Source of the DNA: a virus
Taxonomy: Duplodnaviria; Caudoviricetes
IMG/VR virus record: IMGVR_UViG_3300033067_000886
Span: 1-34,632 of that record
DNA length: 34,632 bases
Reading direction: 5' to 3' (one strand)
A model generated the notes under the pieces. The model saw only the letters and a program-made list of their open reading frames with translations. It ran no database searches and had not been told where the DNA came from. Numbering within the stretch: the first letter of the stretch is position 1; each line of letters starts with the position of its first letter. The translations under genes and the position numbers were made by a program. Below are positions 1 to 8,248 of the stretch, one piece after another.

Positions 1-1
1 T

Positions 2-1069
2 CGCCACCATCGCCGAGGAATAGACGTAGGTGGCGCCGGTGTACTGGAAGCGGTAGAGCGCAGCGTCGGACCACACCAGCGAGACGAATTCCGAGAGCAC
101 CGCGCCGCCGACGAGCTTGGTGCCTTCCGCCAGCGTGCGGATATTGGCGGTGTTGGTGGAGGTCGGCGTCCAGTCGTCATAGGTACCCTGCGAAGGCCAC
201 TTGACTTGCATGCCGTCGCAGAGCGCAAAGACGAAGCGCTCGGGCGTTACAAACATGGCGCGGATGTTGGTGGGCAGGCCGGGGTCGGCCGAAGCGATCA
301 GCGCCCGCGGCCACGGCTGGGCCTGCGTCGGGTCGAAATAATACAGCGAGCCGCCATTGTAGGCCGCAAGCAGATAGATGCCGAAGTGATCCAGCGACCA
401 GATGCGCGGCTCGATTGACACCGTCGAGGACGATCGCGCGGTACCCCAGGTACCGAGGCCCCAACCGCCGACACCCCAACCATAGCCGAACGCACCAAGC
501 TCGACGCCTACCGGAACCTCATATTTATAGGTGACGGCCGCGCCGCCTCCGGTAGCGTTCGAGGTAGCGTTCGAGGTGAACGTATAGGTGTAGTGGTCAT
601 TGTCGATCACGGTGTCGATCAGGAAAACGCCGTTTGGCGTGATGCCTCCGACGGCGGTGGCACCAGCGATCTCGACAGTGTCACCGACCGAGCCGCCGTG
701 GCCGACATGCGTAACCCTGACCGTCGGCGTTCCGATGAACACCTGCAACGGGTTATTGGCGAAGGTGCCGGTCGCACGATAAGGCGTGATGTCGTTCTGC
801 GCCTGCGCGGTGTCATAGACATAGAGCTTGCGGTATGTGCCGACAGCCATGTAGGCGTTGAAGGAGCGATCTCGCCACGCATGCAGCGCCCGCGGCACGC
901 CGGAGGTTGGCGTTGCAAAGGCCTTGATCCAGCCGCCGATCTTCTGCGGCAGACGCTTGACGAAGCGCGCATTGAGAGTGTCGGACCACCGGCCCTCGAT
1001 CACCCGCAGTGAATCGTTCTTGACGACGCCGGGCGGCGGCGCAATCGGGATTTCTTGTAGCTCTCCCAC
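2..1069 (-). CDS. Podovirus tail/nozzle (tail tubular-like) structural protein, runs off the window's left edge
   Basis: Translated by hand from a GTG at 1069: MGELQEIPIAPPPGVVKNDSLRVIEGRWSDTLNARFVKRLPQKIGGW...GWGVGGWGLGTWG...PRIWSLDHFG. These motifs are typical of a widespread phage tail protein family. It is missing from the ORF track because its stop lies outside the window. Confidence 0.75.
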   Translation of the reverse strand, partial: MGELQEIPIAPPPGVVKNDSLRVIEGRWSDTLNARFVKRLPQKIGGWIKAFATPTSGVPRALHAWRDRSFNAYMAVGTYRKLYVYDTAQAQNDITPYRATGTFANNPLQVFIGTPTVRVTHVGHGGSVGDTVEIAGATAVGGITPNGVFLIDTVIDNDHYTYTFTSNATSNATGGGAAVTYKYEVPVGVELGAFGYGWGVGGWGLGTWGTARSSSTVSIEPRIWSLDHFGIYLLAAYNGGSLYYFDPTQAQPWPRALIASADPGLPTNIRAMFVTPERFVFALCDGMQVKWPSQGTYDDWTPTSTNTANIRTLAEGTKLVGGAVLSEFVSLVWSDAALYRFQYTGATYVYSSAMVA

Positions 1070-1073
1070 GAGA

Positions 1074-2084
1074 TCAGTACCGGATGCAGATCAGAACGGC
1101 GGCGTTTTCCGGCCGCGCCTCGGTGCCGCCCTGCGAAACGGTTGCCAGCGTGCCGGCCGTCAGCGTGCCGGTGATGTTGTGGGTGTGGCCGCCGGCCGCG
1201 GCATTGGTGAGAGTGATGCCCGTCGTGTTCGACGAAACGCTTTGATAGACCGTGAAGGCGCCGAACGAACCGCCACCACCACCGTTGTTGTTATTGAGGC
1301 CACCGCCGGCAGCAAACGAGCCCGCGTGGGTGTGACCGGGGTCGGTCAGGGTGTTGACGTGGGTGTGGTTGCCGGGGTTGTCGGACGTCAGGGTGCCGAC
1401 GGCAGGAGCGCCCGAGATAGTATGCGTGTGCGCCGCGTTCTGGTTGGATTGCGTCGTCGCCACCGCGAGCGAGCCGCCGGCCGCGCGCAGGAAGCGGTTA
1501 TTGGTGGTGAAGTCCGGCAGCGTGAAATGCGTGCCGTCTACCGCTCCCCAGGTGGTGCCGATCTTGGCGAACAGGTCCGGGTAGGCGCTGCGAAGAAGCG
1601 AAGCGCCGTTACACTGGAGCGTGCCGGACTGCACCGTCGCACATGCGCTGTGCACGAGATCACCGATCTGCTCCTTGTCGTAGCGCTGGACGTTGGTGCC
1701 GTCGCAATAGAGCAGCTTCGAGGTGCCTTGCGGAATCTGGACGGCCGTGCCGCCAGACGTCTTGACGTAAAGGAAGAAGCTGTTGGTGGTATTGTTGCGC
1801 ACCAGCCAGAGCTTGGAGACGGCGGGAACCTGCATGGTCACGTCGCCGACCAGCGCGCCTGTGAAATTATGGATCATGTCGATGTCGAGCCGCATCCCCG
1901 AAGGCGGGGTGACGGTGGACAAATCAACGGTGCCGCTGGTTTCGGTATGAGTGGCGGTGCCGGCGATGGCGCGCGCGGCGATCTTGAACACCGAATTGTT
2001 GGCGTTGTCGCCCCAGGAGTTATTATCGTTGCCGGTCCCCATCAGCAGGAGACCGAGCACGGAATCGTAGGTATCGGCCGACAT
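1074..2084 (-). CDS. Tail fibre protein with phage tail collar domain
   Basis: Collar motif LQCNGASLLRSAYPDLFAKIGTTWG...FTLPD, several HTH/HxH repeats, and C-terminal EARPENAAVLICIRY. Confidence 0.85.
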   Translation of the reverse strand: MSADTYDSVLGLLLMGTGNDNNSWGDNANNSVFKIAARAIAGTATHTETSGTVDLSTVTPPSGMRLDIDMIHNFTGALVGDVTMQVPAVSKLWLVRNNTTNSFFLYVKTSGGTAVQIPQGTSKLLYCDGTNVQRYDKEQIGDLVHSACATVQSGTLQCNGASLLRSAYPDLFAKIGTTWGAVDGTHFTLPDFTTNNRFLRAAGGSLAVATTQSNQNAAHTHTISGAPAVGTLTSDNPGNHTHVNTLTDPGHTHAGSFAAGGGLNNNNGGGGGSFGAFTVYQSVSSNTTGITLTNAAAGGHTHNITGTLTAGTLATVSQGGTEARPENAAVLICIRY

Positions 2085-2968
2085 CAGGGGGTCTCCGTTC
2101 CGAACGTGGCGCCGCGGTAGCCGAAGTCGTCAACGACGGCGGTGGATTGGATCATGGCCTGCAACTCTGCGAGGAGCTTCTGATACTCGCCGTCGTCTTT
2201 CATGAATTTGGCGGCGGCAGCCATCGTCCCGACGAGGATCAGGTTGGGGTACTTGGTCGTGAGGAAGTTGCTGGTGTTGGTCGGCCCGAGCGGCAATGGC
2301 ATCTTGAAGTAGGGCAGCTTCATCACGGCGGCGGTGTCGAAAGCGAAGTCGAACTTCACTGCCTCATCCCAGACCGCCCAGGCCATCGGCGATCCCGCGA
2401 CAAGGTTCGCGGCCGTGTAAGCCGCGCTCGACCCGCCGCCGGAGCTTGAAGCGCTGGCGGTTCCGCCGGTGTCGATGACGAAATTGTCTGCATCCGTCAC
2501 GCTATCGACCGGGAAGGTGCCGTTCATCGTGATGCCGTTGACGGCGGCGGCGCCGGAGATCGTGACGGCGGAATCCTGATTGATGCCGTGCGCGGTATCG
2601 TTGACCGTCACCAAGCCACTATCCGCCACGGTGGTAAACGGGTTGTTGCCCAGCGCGACCGAGGCAACCTGCTCGTACATGCGCCGGCCCTCGATCACAG
2701 GCTGGATCAGCTGATCGTAGGAGACGTTGTTGGTGACGTCTCTAATCTTGCCGATCGGATCGAGAAAGCCGCTCGGCAGATCGACCGAGGCCTGACCAAT
2801 AGCTGCGCCGAACACCCACTCGCTGCGCATTTCGCGCGTGCGGAGCATCTGGAAGATGAGCCCTTCGGCCCATAGCAAAAGGGTCGGCGCATCCATCTTG
2901 GAATAGCCGACCCAATTGAGGATGGAACCAGCCGTACCTTTTGCGGCGGTGAGACTGATATAATCCAT
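2084..2968 (-). CDS. Head-tail adaptor protein with an inserted beta-rich (FCCH-like) module
   Basis: Adaptor-like motifs LRTREM...VDLPSGFL and TSNFLTTKYPNLILVG, located downstream of the capsid genes. Confidence 0.7.
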   Translation of the reverse strand: MDYISLTAAKGTAGSILNWVGYSKMDAPTLLLWAEGLIFQMLRTREMRSEWVFGAAIGQASVDLPSGFLDPIGKIRDVTNNVSYDQLIQPVIEGRRMYEQVASVALGNNPFTTVADSGLVTVNDTAHGINQDSAVTISGAAAVNGITMNGTFPVDSVTDADNFVIDTGGTASASSSGGGSSAAYTAANLVAGSPMAWAVWDEAVKFDFAFDTAAVMKLPYFKMPLPLGPTNTSNFLTTKYPNLILVGTMAAAAKFMKDDGEYQKLLAELQAMIQSTAVVDDFGYRGATFGTETP

Positions 2969-2981
2969 CGGAGCGCGTCCG

Positions 2982-3557
2982 TTACAGCGAGTTCAGAGCG
3001 CGCTTGTGCTCGCCCGACAGCTGGCCGGGCTGAACCTGGCCTTCGGAGATCAGGGTCTCCAGCGCGTCGCGCTTGTTCATCGGGCGCTTGGAGTACTTGA
3101 GAACGATGGTGTCGGAGACCAGCTGCCAGAGGTACTTTTTGGTACCCATGGCCCAGGCCTTGAGGTTGATCGGCTCATCGCCGTCGTCAGCGGAGTCGAG
3201 TTCGCTGTCCTCCTCCGGCTCCTCCTCCGCGGCCTTGGCGGCGGCGCGATCGGCGAGCTTGCGGGCGCGGGCCTCCATCCTGGTGATGGCCGCAGCGGCC
3301 TTCGGGTTGTCCGTCACCATGCGGTGATCGCGGATCAGCTTCTTCTCGGCATCGAACGGCAGGCCGTTCTGCACGAAGCATAGCTTGTGATCGGGGTCGC
3401 CCGGCGCGCGCTCGCCGTGCACCGTCGAATAGTCGATGGTCTCGATCAGGAATACATCGACCGGCTTGGTCGCACGTTTGATGCTCTCGCGCGCGACCGG
3501 CGCCGGGGGCGTACCCCCGGCTCCAGCGTTCGCTTGGGCGTTTGCGGTGTCGCTCAT
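2982..3557 (-). CDS. Hypothetical protein in the virion module
   Basis: 191-aa ORF with a GGAG SD, in operon context. Confidence 0.7.
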   Translation of the reverse strand: MSDTANAQANAGAGGTPPAPVARESIKRATKPVDVFLIETIDYSTVHGERAPGDPDHKLCFVQNGLPFDAEKKLIRDHRMVTDNPKAAAAITRMEARARKLADRAAAKAAEEEPEEDSELDSADDGDEPINLKAWAMGTKKYLWQLVSDTIVLKYSKRPMNKRDALETLISEGQVQPGQLSGEHKRALNSL

Positions 3558-3588
3558 GTGAACTCCTTATTGTGCAGCGGTGCTGCGG

Positions 3589-3867
3589 TTAGATGTCGGA
3601 ACCGGTGCGCTTGCCGGAACGGGGAGCCTTCTTCTCGTGCTCCACCGCGCTCGCGCCATCCAGCGAGTGACCGAGGTTGGTCACGCCGCCGCCGAACGAG
3701 CCGCCGCGGGTGTTCGGCAGATTGACGCCGTGCACGTTGTCCTGCGGAAACGCGGAGAGGTGCGTGCCGCTCGGATACTTGGTGCGCTTGAGGCCGTCCG
3801 ATTCGCCGGGCGAGCCGCCCATCGGATTGCCGGTGAACACAGAGCTTTCGCCCTTGTAGGAAGCCAT
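3589..3867 (-). CDS. Hypothetical protein (92 aa, MASYKGESSV...)
   Basis: ATG at 3867 with a GGAGG SD lies directly after the upstream stop; start trimmed from the 170-aa ORF. Confidence 0.65.
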   Translation of the reverse strand: MASYKGESSVFTGNPMGGSPGESDGLKRTKYPSGTHLSAFPQDNVHGVNLPNTRGGSFGGGVTNLGHSLDGASAVEHEKKAPRSGKRTGSDI

Positions 3868-3868
3868 G

Positions 3869-4105
3869 TCAGTAGTCCTCCAGTTTCGGACCCTCGAATT
3901 CGGGGGTCGCATTGCTGAGCTTGCGCTCACCGGTGACCCGGTTAGCGCGCGAATGAACGGTGTAGCCATCGAGGCCAGCATTGCCGCAGTCCGCCTTTTT
4001 GGCGTTCTCCGGCAGCGGATTGACCGCGGGGGCATCCACCAGTTCGTTGCGGCGGGCGTGTCCGATGGGGTCGTACAGCCCGCCGTAGCGATAGAGACCA
4101 ACCAT
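3869..4105 (-). CDS. Hypothetical protein (78 aa)
   Basis: ORF with a GGGAG SD that tiles tightly with its neighbours. Confidence 0.65.
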   Translation of the reverse strand: MVGLYRYGGLYDPIGHARRNELVDAPAVNPLPENAKKADCGNAGLDGYTVHSRANRVTGERKLSNATPEFEGPKLEDY

Positions 4106-4135
4106 CGTTGGCTCCCATCTTCGGGGTTTCAGGGA

Positions 4136-4155
4136 GCCGGGGCCGTAGCCCCGGC
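4136..4155 (-). other. 8-bp GC hairpin with a cUACGg tetraloop (stability or pause element)
   Basis: GCCGGGGC-UACG-GCCCCGGC just after the stop at 4163; no U-tract follows. Confidence 0.55.
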
Positions 4156-4162
4156 GGTGGTG

Positions 4163-4624
4163 TCAGTCCCAATCAATGTGGATGTAGGCTTCGAAGGTGC
4201 CGGCGGGGGTACCACCGACGCCCTGCACACCGGTCATGAACACGGCAGTATCCGCGGGAATCTTCGCGGTCTCCAGCTGGACGTGACCGGCGAAGTCGGT
4301 CCAGGTGATCTGGGTGCCGTTATAGCCGGCCTGCGATTCGATCAGCGCGCGAGCGCGGAACGGAGTATTGGCCGCGGCATAGCCCGCGATTGCGCTGGTG
4401 CCGAGACGAAAGCGCGCGTATTCGGACGCACCGGACGAGGCGCCGACGTTCATTTCCGGGACGGTGGTGGTGCCGACAGCGTCAGCCGTAAGCATCACGA
4501 CAATGTCGCGGACAAGGCCCTGCTTGTTCTTCGGGGACTTGATCTTCTTGGAGGCGGTGGTCGCACCATACGCCGAGGACGGCATGTAATAGACTTCGCG
4601 CTTCCACGGGTTTTCGTAGCTCAT
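4163..4624 (-). CDS. Putative capsid decoration/minor capsid protein
   Basis: 153-aa beta-rich ORF immediately downstream of the major capsid gene. Confidence 0.55.
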   Translation of the reverse strand: MSYENPWKREVYYMPSSAYGATTASKKIKSPKNKQGLVRDIVVMLTADAVGTTTVPEMNVGASSGASEYARFRLGTSAIAGYAAANTPFRARALIESQAGYNGTQITWTDFAGHVQLETAKIPADTAVFMTGVQGVGGTPAGTFEAYIHIDWD

Positions 4625-4653
4625 AGTCTTGCCTTTCTAACTGTGGTGATCGA

Positions 4654-4676
4654 GGCGGCGGCACCATGCCGCCGCC
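4654..4676 (-). terminator. 10-bp GC hairpin after the capsid gene (partial terminator or stabiliser)
   Basis: GGCGGCGGCA/TGCCGCCGCC perfect stem; lacks a U-tract. Confidence 0.45.
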
Positions 4677-4703
4677 CCCCACGGGTAGTTCACTTCGCGG
4701 CGC

Positions 4704-5696
4704 TTACGCCGCGGAGTCCCACATCATGACGCGGCTGTTGGTCGCGTCGGTGTGCACGAGGCCGAAGCCGCCGAGGTAGTACCAAGCGATACCCTTCGAG
4801 CGACCGAAGTCGCCGGGGATTTTCGCCCGGATTTCCTCGGGGATGCAGATGGCTTCGGTGACGGTGTCGGCGCCGAGCATGAAGCTCCAGGACGACAGCG
4901 CGTTGTTCCACGGGTCGGCGGTACCGGCCCAGGGATCGTAGGTGGTTGAGTCCGCCGCGCCGCCCTTCGGGATGAAGGTCTGCTCGATGAAGCGGAACGA
5001 CTCGTAGCGGCCGATTTCGCCGTTGAAGATGTGCGCCAGACCGGTCTCGGTGTACTGGTGCAGGGTCTCCAGCGAGTTCTTCAAGCCGCGATAGGTCGAC
5101 GGATGCGAGATCGACACGTAGTCGTCGAGGATGTAGGGCGGAATATTGCGCTCCTTCATCGTGTCGCCGGCCGCCTTGACGTGGCCGGTACCGAGGGCGA
5201 GGTTGTTCGTGGTCGAACACACGCCGTTGGTATCCAGGGTGATCGCCGTCGCCGAGTTGCCGCCGGTCGGGGCGAAACGCAGCTGGGTATTCTTCATCTG
5301 GAGGTAAGCCTCGATGTCGAAATACTTGCGCGCGTCGTCCTTGAGCGTCTTGTCGATGATGGTGACCACGTCCTGCTTGGCAAGCGCCGTCAGCTTGCCG
5401 GTATAGGGCACGCTGTTGCCGGCTTCGGTGACGGTCATCGAGCGCTGTGCCACGGTGAAGCCGGTCTCCGGCATCTGCGCATTTTCGTTCAAACGGCGGC
5501 CCTGAGTGCCGACGTTGGAATAGACGTTCCAGTTGAAGCGCTCACCGCGGTTCAGGCCCTTTTGGGTGCCATCCTGCGCATCGCACAGCTGCCGGAATTT
5601 GGTGAGAGGCTGGACCTGCTGGCGAAGCACGGTGCTCAACTCGTCGGAGTAGAGGTAGCCGCCTTCCGCGGGCACGGTCCAAGTCTGACCAGCCAT
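4704..5696 (-). CDS. Major capsid protein (N4-gp56-like family)
   Basis: 330 aa, follows the scaffold gene; motifs EAGNSVPYTGKL, NGEIGRYESFRFIE and DFGRSKGIAWY. Confidence 0.88.
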   Translation of the reverse strand: MAGQTWTVPAEGGYLYSDELSTVLRQQVQPLTKFRQLCDAQDGTQKGLNRGERFNWNVYSNVGTQGRRLNENAQMPETGFTVAQRSMTVTEAGNSVPYTGKLTALAKQDVVTIIDKTLKDDARKYFDIEAYLQMKNTQLRFAPTGGNSATAITLDTNGVCSTTNNLALGTGHVKAAGDTMKERNIPPYILDDYVSISHPSTYRGLKNSLETLHQYTETGLAHIFNGEIGRYESFRFIEQTFIPKGGAADSTTYDPWAGTADPWNNALSSWSFMLGADTVTEAICIPEEIRAKIPGDFGRSKGIAWYYLGGFGLVHTDATNSRVMMWDSAA

Positions 5697-5709
5697 GATA
5701 GTCTCCTTT

Positions 5710-7044
5710 TTACACTACGGGTTGACCGCGTGCGCGCCGCATGTTCGCGACGACGTCGCTCCCGGTCTGGGGACGATTCTGCGGCTGCACGTCACGACGC
5801 GGAGCCACCGAACGGGTCGGTTGAGACGGAATTGCCATGCGGCGCTGATCGCGATCCACGTTGATCTGGACGCGAGGTTGCTGCCGTGATGGCGCGGGAT
5901 TCTGACGACGGTTGCCGCCGAATTGGCCGATGCTCGTGAGAAATTCCTTCTTCGAGCCTTCGAGCAAATCCTTGGTCGAGCGAACGTCGTAACCATTGAC
6001 CCGGTAGAAGCGGTGCCAGTGAGCAAGCTCATTGGCGTTCGTCGGAATCTGATCTTCCGTCAGACCGAGCGCGACCATGTCCTCGCGATAGCCGCGATAC
6101 ATGCCGTCCTCGATCGCAAGCGCAGCAACGCGATTGTTGCCCAGCTGCGGGTTGGCGTCGGAAAATTCCTTGAGTTGCTTCTGCGATCGCGCCAAATCTT
6201 GCTTGATGACGCGATCGAGTTGCCCCTCGGTGGCCTTCTTTCCCGCCCTGTGGTCAACAAGGCGATCAAGCTCGGCCGCGGCTTCGTCGGGGTCTCCGAA
6301 CTGGATTTTCTCGATCACGCTGCGGGTGGAAGGTTCGGGGTTTTGAACCTCCAACTCGACCGGATCAGTGCCCAGATCGTCAGTCTCCGCTCTATTTTCC
6401 CCGTCATGGCGAACGGTTCGGCCGGAGCGGACGGCCTTGGCTTCTTTGAGGAGACTGCGGGTCTCCTCCAAATAGGAGTCGGCGGCTTCCACCTTGGAAG
6501 CGCGCTCGATCAGCTGCTCAGTCGTCAATTCGACAATGCGGCCGTTGATCTTGAGGCGGTGCTTTTGCGCCGGCTGATCCTGCTGCTGGCGGCGCGGCGC
6601 CGGCTCGACGTCATCTTCATCGAGTTCGCCAGCCGCGGCGCGGTTGCCGCGTGCGCGCGCGATGTCATCTTCCGACAGGCCGAGTTCGCGCAAATCCTCG
6701 TCGCTATCCTCGTCGTCCTCGGCCATGCGGCCGACGACGTTCTCCGGGTTGGAGAAGTCACCGTCGAAGGGGCGCTCGCCGCCTTCCTCGGTGCGGCGGA
6801 AACGCGCGGCGATCTGAGAGCGCTTATCATCCTGCGGCGAGCGCTGGATCGGTTCACGGCGATCGACACCACCATCGAGGGGATCGCGGTCGGGATTTTG
6901 GTTCAAGTCCTCGGTCTGACCGCGCTCGATCAGGCCATCATCGTCGGCGCCGAAGCGCGCCTCGTTATTCTCCGCCTGGATTTGCTCCGGGGTGAGCTTG
7001 GGCGTTCCGTCGGGGTTCGTCTGCGGTTTGGCTTGCGGTGCCAT
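5710..7044 (-). CDS. Capsid scaffolding protein
   Basis: Acidic, low-complexity 444-aa ORF with a HRLKINGRIVELT motif, directly upstream of the capsid gene. Confidence 0.7.
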   Translation of the reverse strand: MAPQAKPQTNPDGTPKLTPEQIQAENNEARFGADDDGLIERGQTEDLNQNPDRDPLDGGVDRREPIQRSPQDDKRSQIAARFRRTEEGGERPFDGDFSNPENVVGRMAEDDEDSDEDLRELGLSEDDIARARGNRAAAGELDEDDVEPAPRRQQQDQPAQKHRLKINGRIVELTTEQLIERASKVEAADSYLEETRSLLKEAKAVRSGRTVRHDGENRAETDDLGTDPVELEVQNPEPSTRSVIEKIQFGDPDEAAAELDRLVDHRAGKKATEGQLDRVIKQDLARSQKQLKEFSDANPQLGNNRVAALAIEDGMYRGYREDMVALGLTEDQIPTNANELAHWHRFYRVNGYDVRSTKDLLEGSKKEFLTSIGQFGGNRRQNPAPSRQQPRVQINVDRDQRRMAIPSQPTRSVAPRRDVQPQNRPQTGSDVVANMRRARGQPVV

Positions 7045-7415
7045 TAGTCAACTCCTCTTGGTTCGAAACCGTGCAATCTGCGTTGATCGTCGTCCATGTC
7101 GGCGATCACTTCTTCCATTTCAGCGCGATCGACCTCGGTGATGCGCTGGTTGGCTTCTCGTCCCATCGCCATAAGCTCCTGGGCCGAAGTCATCAGGTCG
7201 TTGTAGACCGTGAGTTCTCGTTGCAGCCGGCGGATCAGGTTGGTGTCCTCCGGGTCGGCATCGAGAAACAGAACGATGGCCTTTGCGGCCTTCTCGCGGG
7301 CTTTGGCGAGCATGAAGGCGACAGGGCGCGTGCCGGTGCCACGCTCCAACTGCACCTGTAGATCGGCGGCGAGCAACCGTAGCTGCTCATCCCCGAGTCG
7401 TAGGATCGGGTCCAT
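7044..7415 (-). CDS. Hypothetical helical protein (head module)
   Basis: 123 aa, stop overlaps the scaffold start. Confidence 0.7.
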   Translation of the reverse strand: MDPILRLGDEQLRLLAADLQVQLERGTGTRPVAFMLAKAREKAAKAIVLFLDADPEDTNLIRRLQRELTVYNDLMTSAQELMAMGREANQRITEVDRAEMEEVIADMDDDQRRLHGFEPRGVD

Positions 7416-7434
7416 GTCTCTCGCTTGTTTGCGG

Positions 7435-8244
7435 TCAATCGAGATCGTCTTGTTCGAGCATCGCCATCACTTCGGCGATGTCGGCGGCGTCCTGCTCGTC
7501 CTGATCGAGCTTAGCCAAAAAGGCGGTGACGTCGGCCTGGTCGATCGCTTCCAGCGCGCGCCGCTCGATCGACATCGGCGGCAACGGCGTCGTGACAACC
7601 TCGACAGGCAGCTGCCGGATGATCGGCCGCGGCGGCTGCGGTGACGGGCTCTGCGTCGGTACCGGCAGCGGGTTGAGCTTGATCTCCGGCTTCTTCGGCT
7701 GCTTGGCAGTCTTGAAGGGACTGACAAGCCGTCCGTTGACCAGCCTGCGCGAGGTACCGCCGGCCTGCGGGTCCGCGGTCGGCAATAGCTTGAAGTCGAT
7801 CTCGCCGGAATTATTCGACGAGTGCCGGTAGCTGCGATGCCGAGCGAAGTCGAAGAAGCCCGAGAACGGCACGCGCGTTGGCGTGAACTCGAAGTGCCAT
7901 GCGTCCGACTGTTTCGGCGGCTTCTCCGGGCGCTGCTCGAACGAGGAGAACAGCCCCCCGGTCGGCTGTTTTGCAGGCGTCGCCTCGAAGGACCACGGCT
8001 CCTGCCGCCGCTCGCGGCCGTAGACATAAGGCGTCGGCTGGCTAAACGTGACAAAGACCGGCTTCGCCTGGGCGGGCGGTGGTGCCACGAAGCTGGTGAA
8101 ACCAGCCAGCAGCGCGACCGACAGCTTGGCTCTGCGCGACACGCCCTCGAAGCTGGAGAACTGCGGCGTTGGTGCCGCCGCGCTCGACGTTACTGAAATC
8201 TGGCCGAGTGTAAGACGGCCAAGGGCGTCATACCCGAGCAGCAT
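7435..8244 (-). CDS. Hypothetical Pro-rich protein with FxxF/WxFE repeats
   Basis: 269-aa ORF directly after the fibre-like gene. Confidence 0.6.
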   Translation of the reverse strand: MLLGYDALGRLTLGQISVTSSAAAPTPQFSSFEGVSRRAKLSVALLAGFTSFVAPPPAQAKPVFVTFSQPTPYVYGRERRQEPWSFEATPAKQPTGGLFSSFEQRPEKPPKQSDAWHFEFTPTRVPFSGFFDFARHRSYRHSSNNSGEIDFKLLPTADPQAGGTSRRLVNGRLVSPFKTAKQPKKPEIKLNPLPVPTQSPSPQPPRPIIRQLPVEVVTTPLPPMSIERRALEAIDQADVTAFLAKLDQDEQDAADIAEVMAMLEQDDLD

Positions 8245-8248
8245 CTAA

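Noticed and set aside
553-577. Tandem repeat TAGCGTTCGAGG
   Set aside because: It is a short coding duplication (TSNATSNAT) inside the tail gene.
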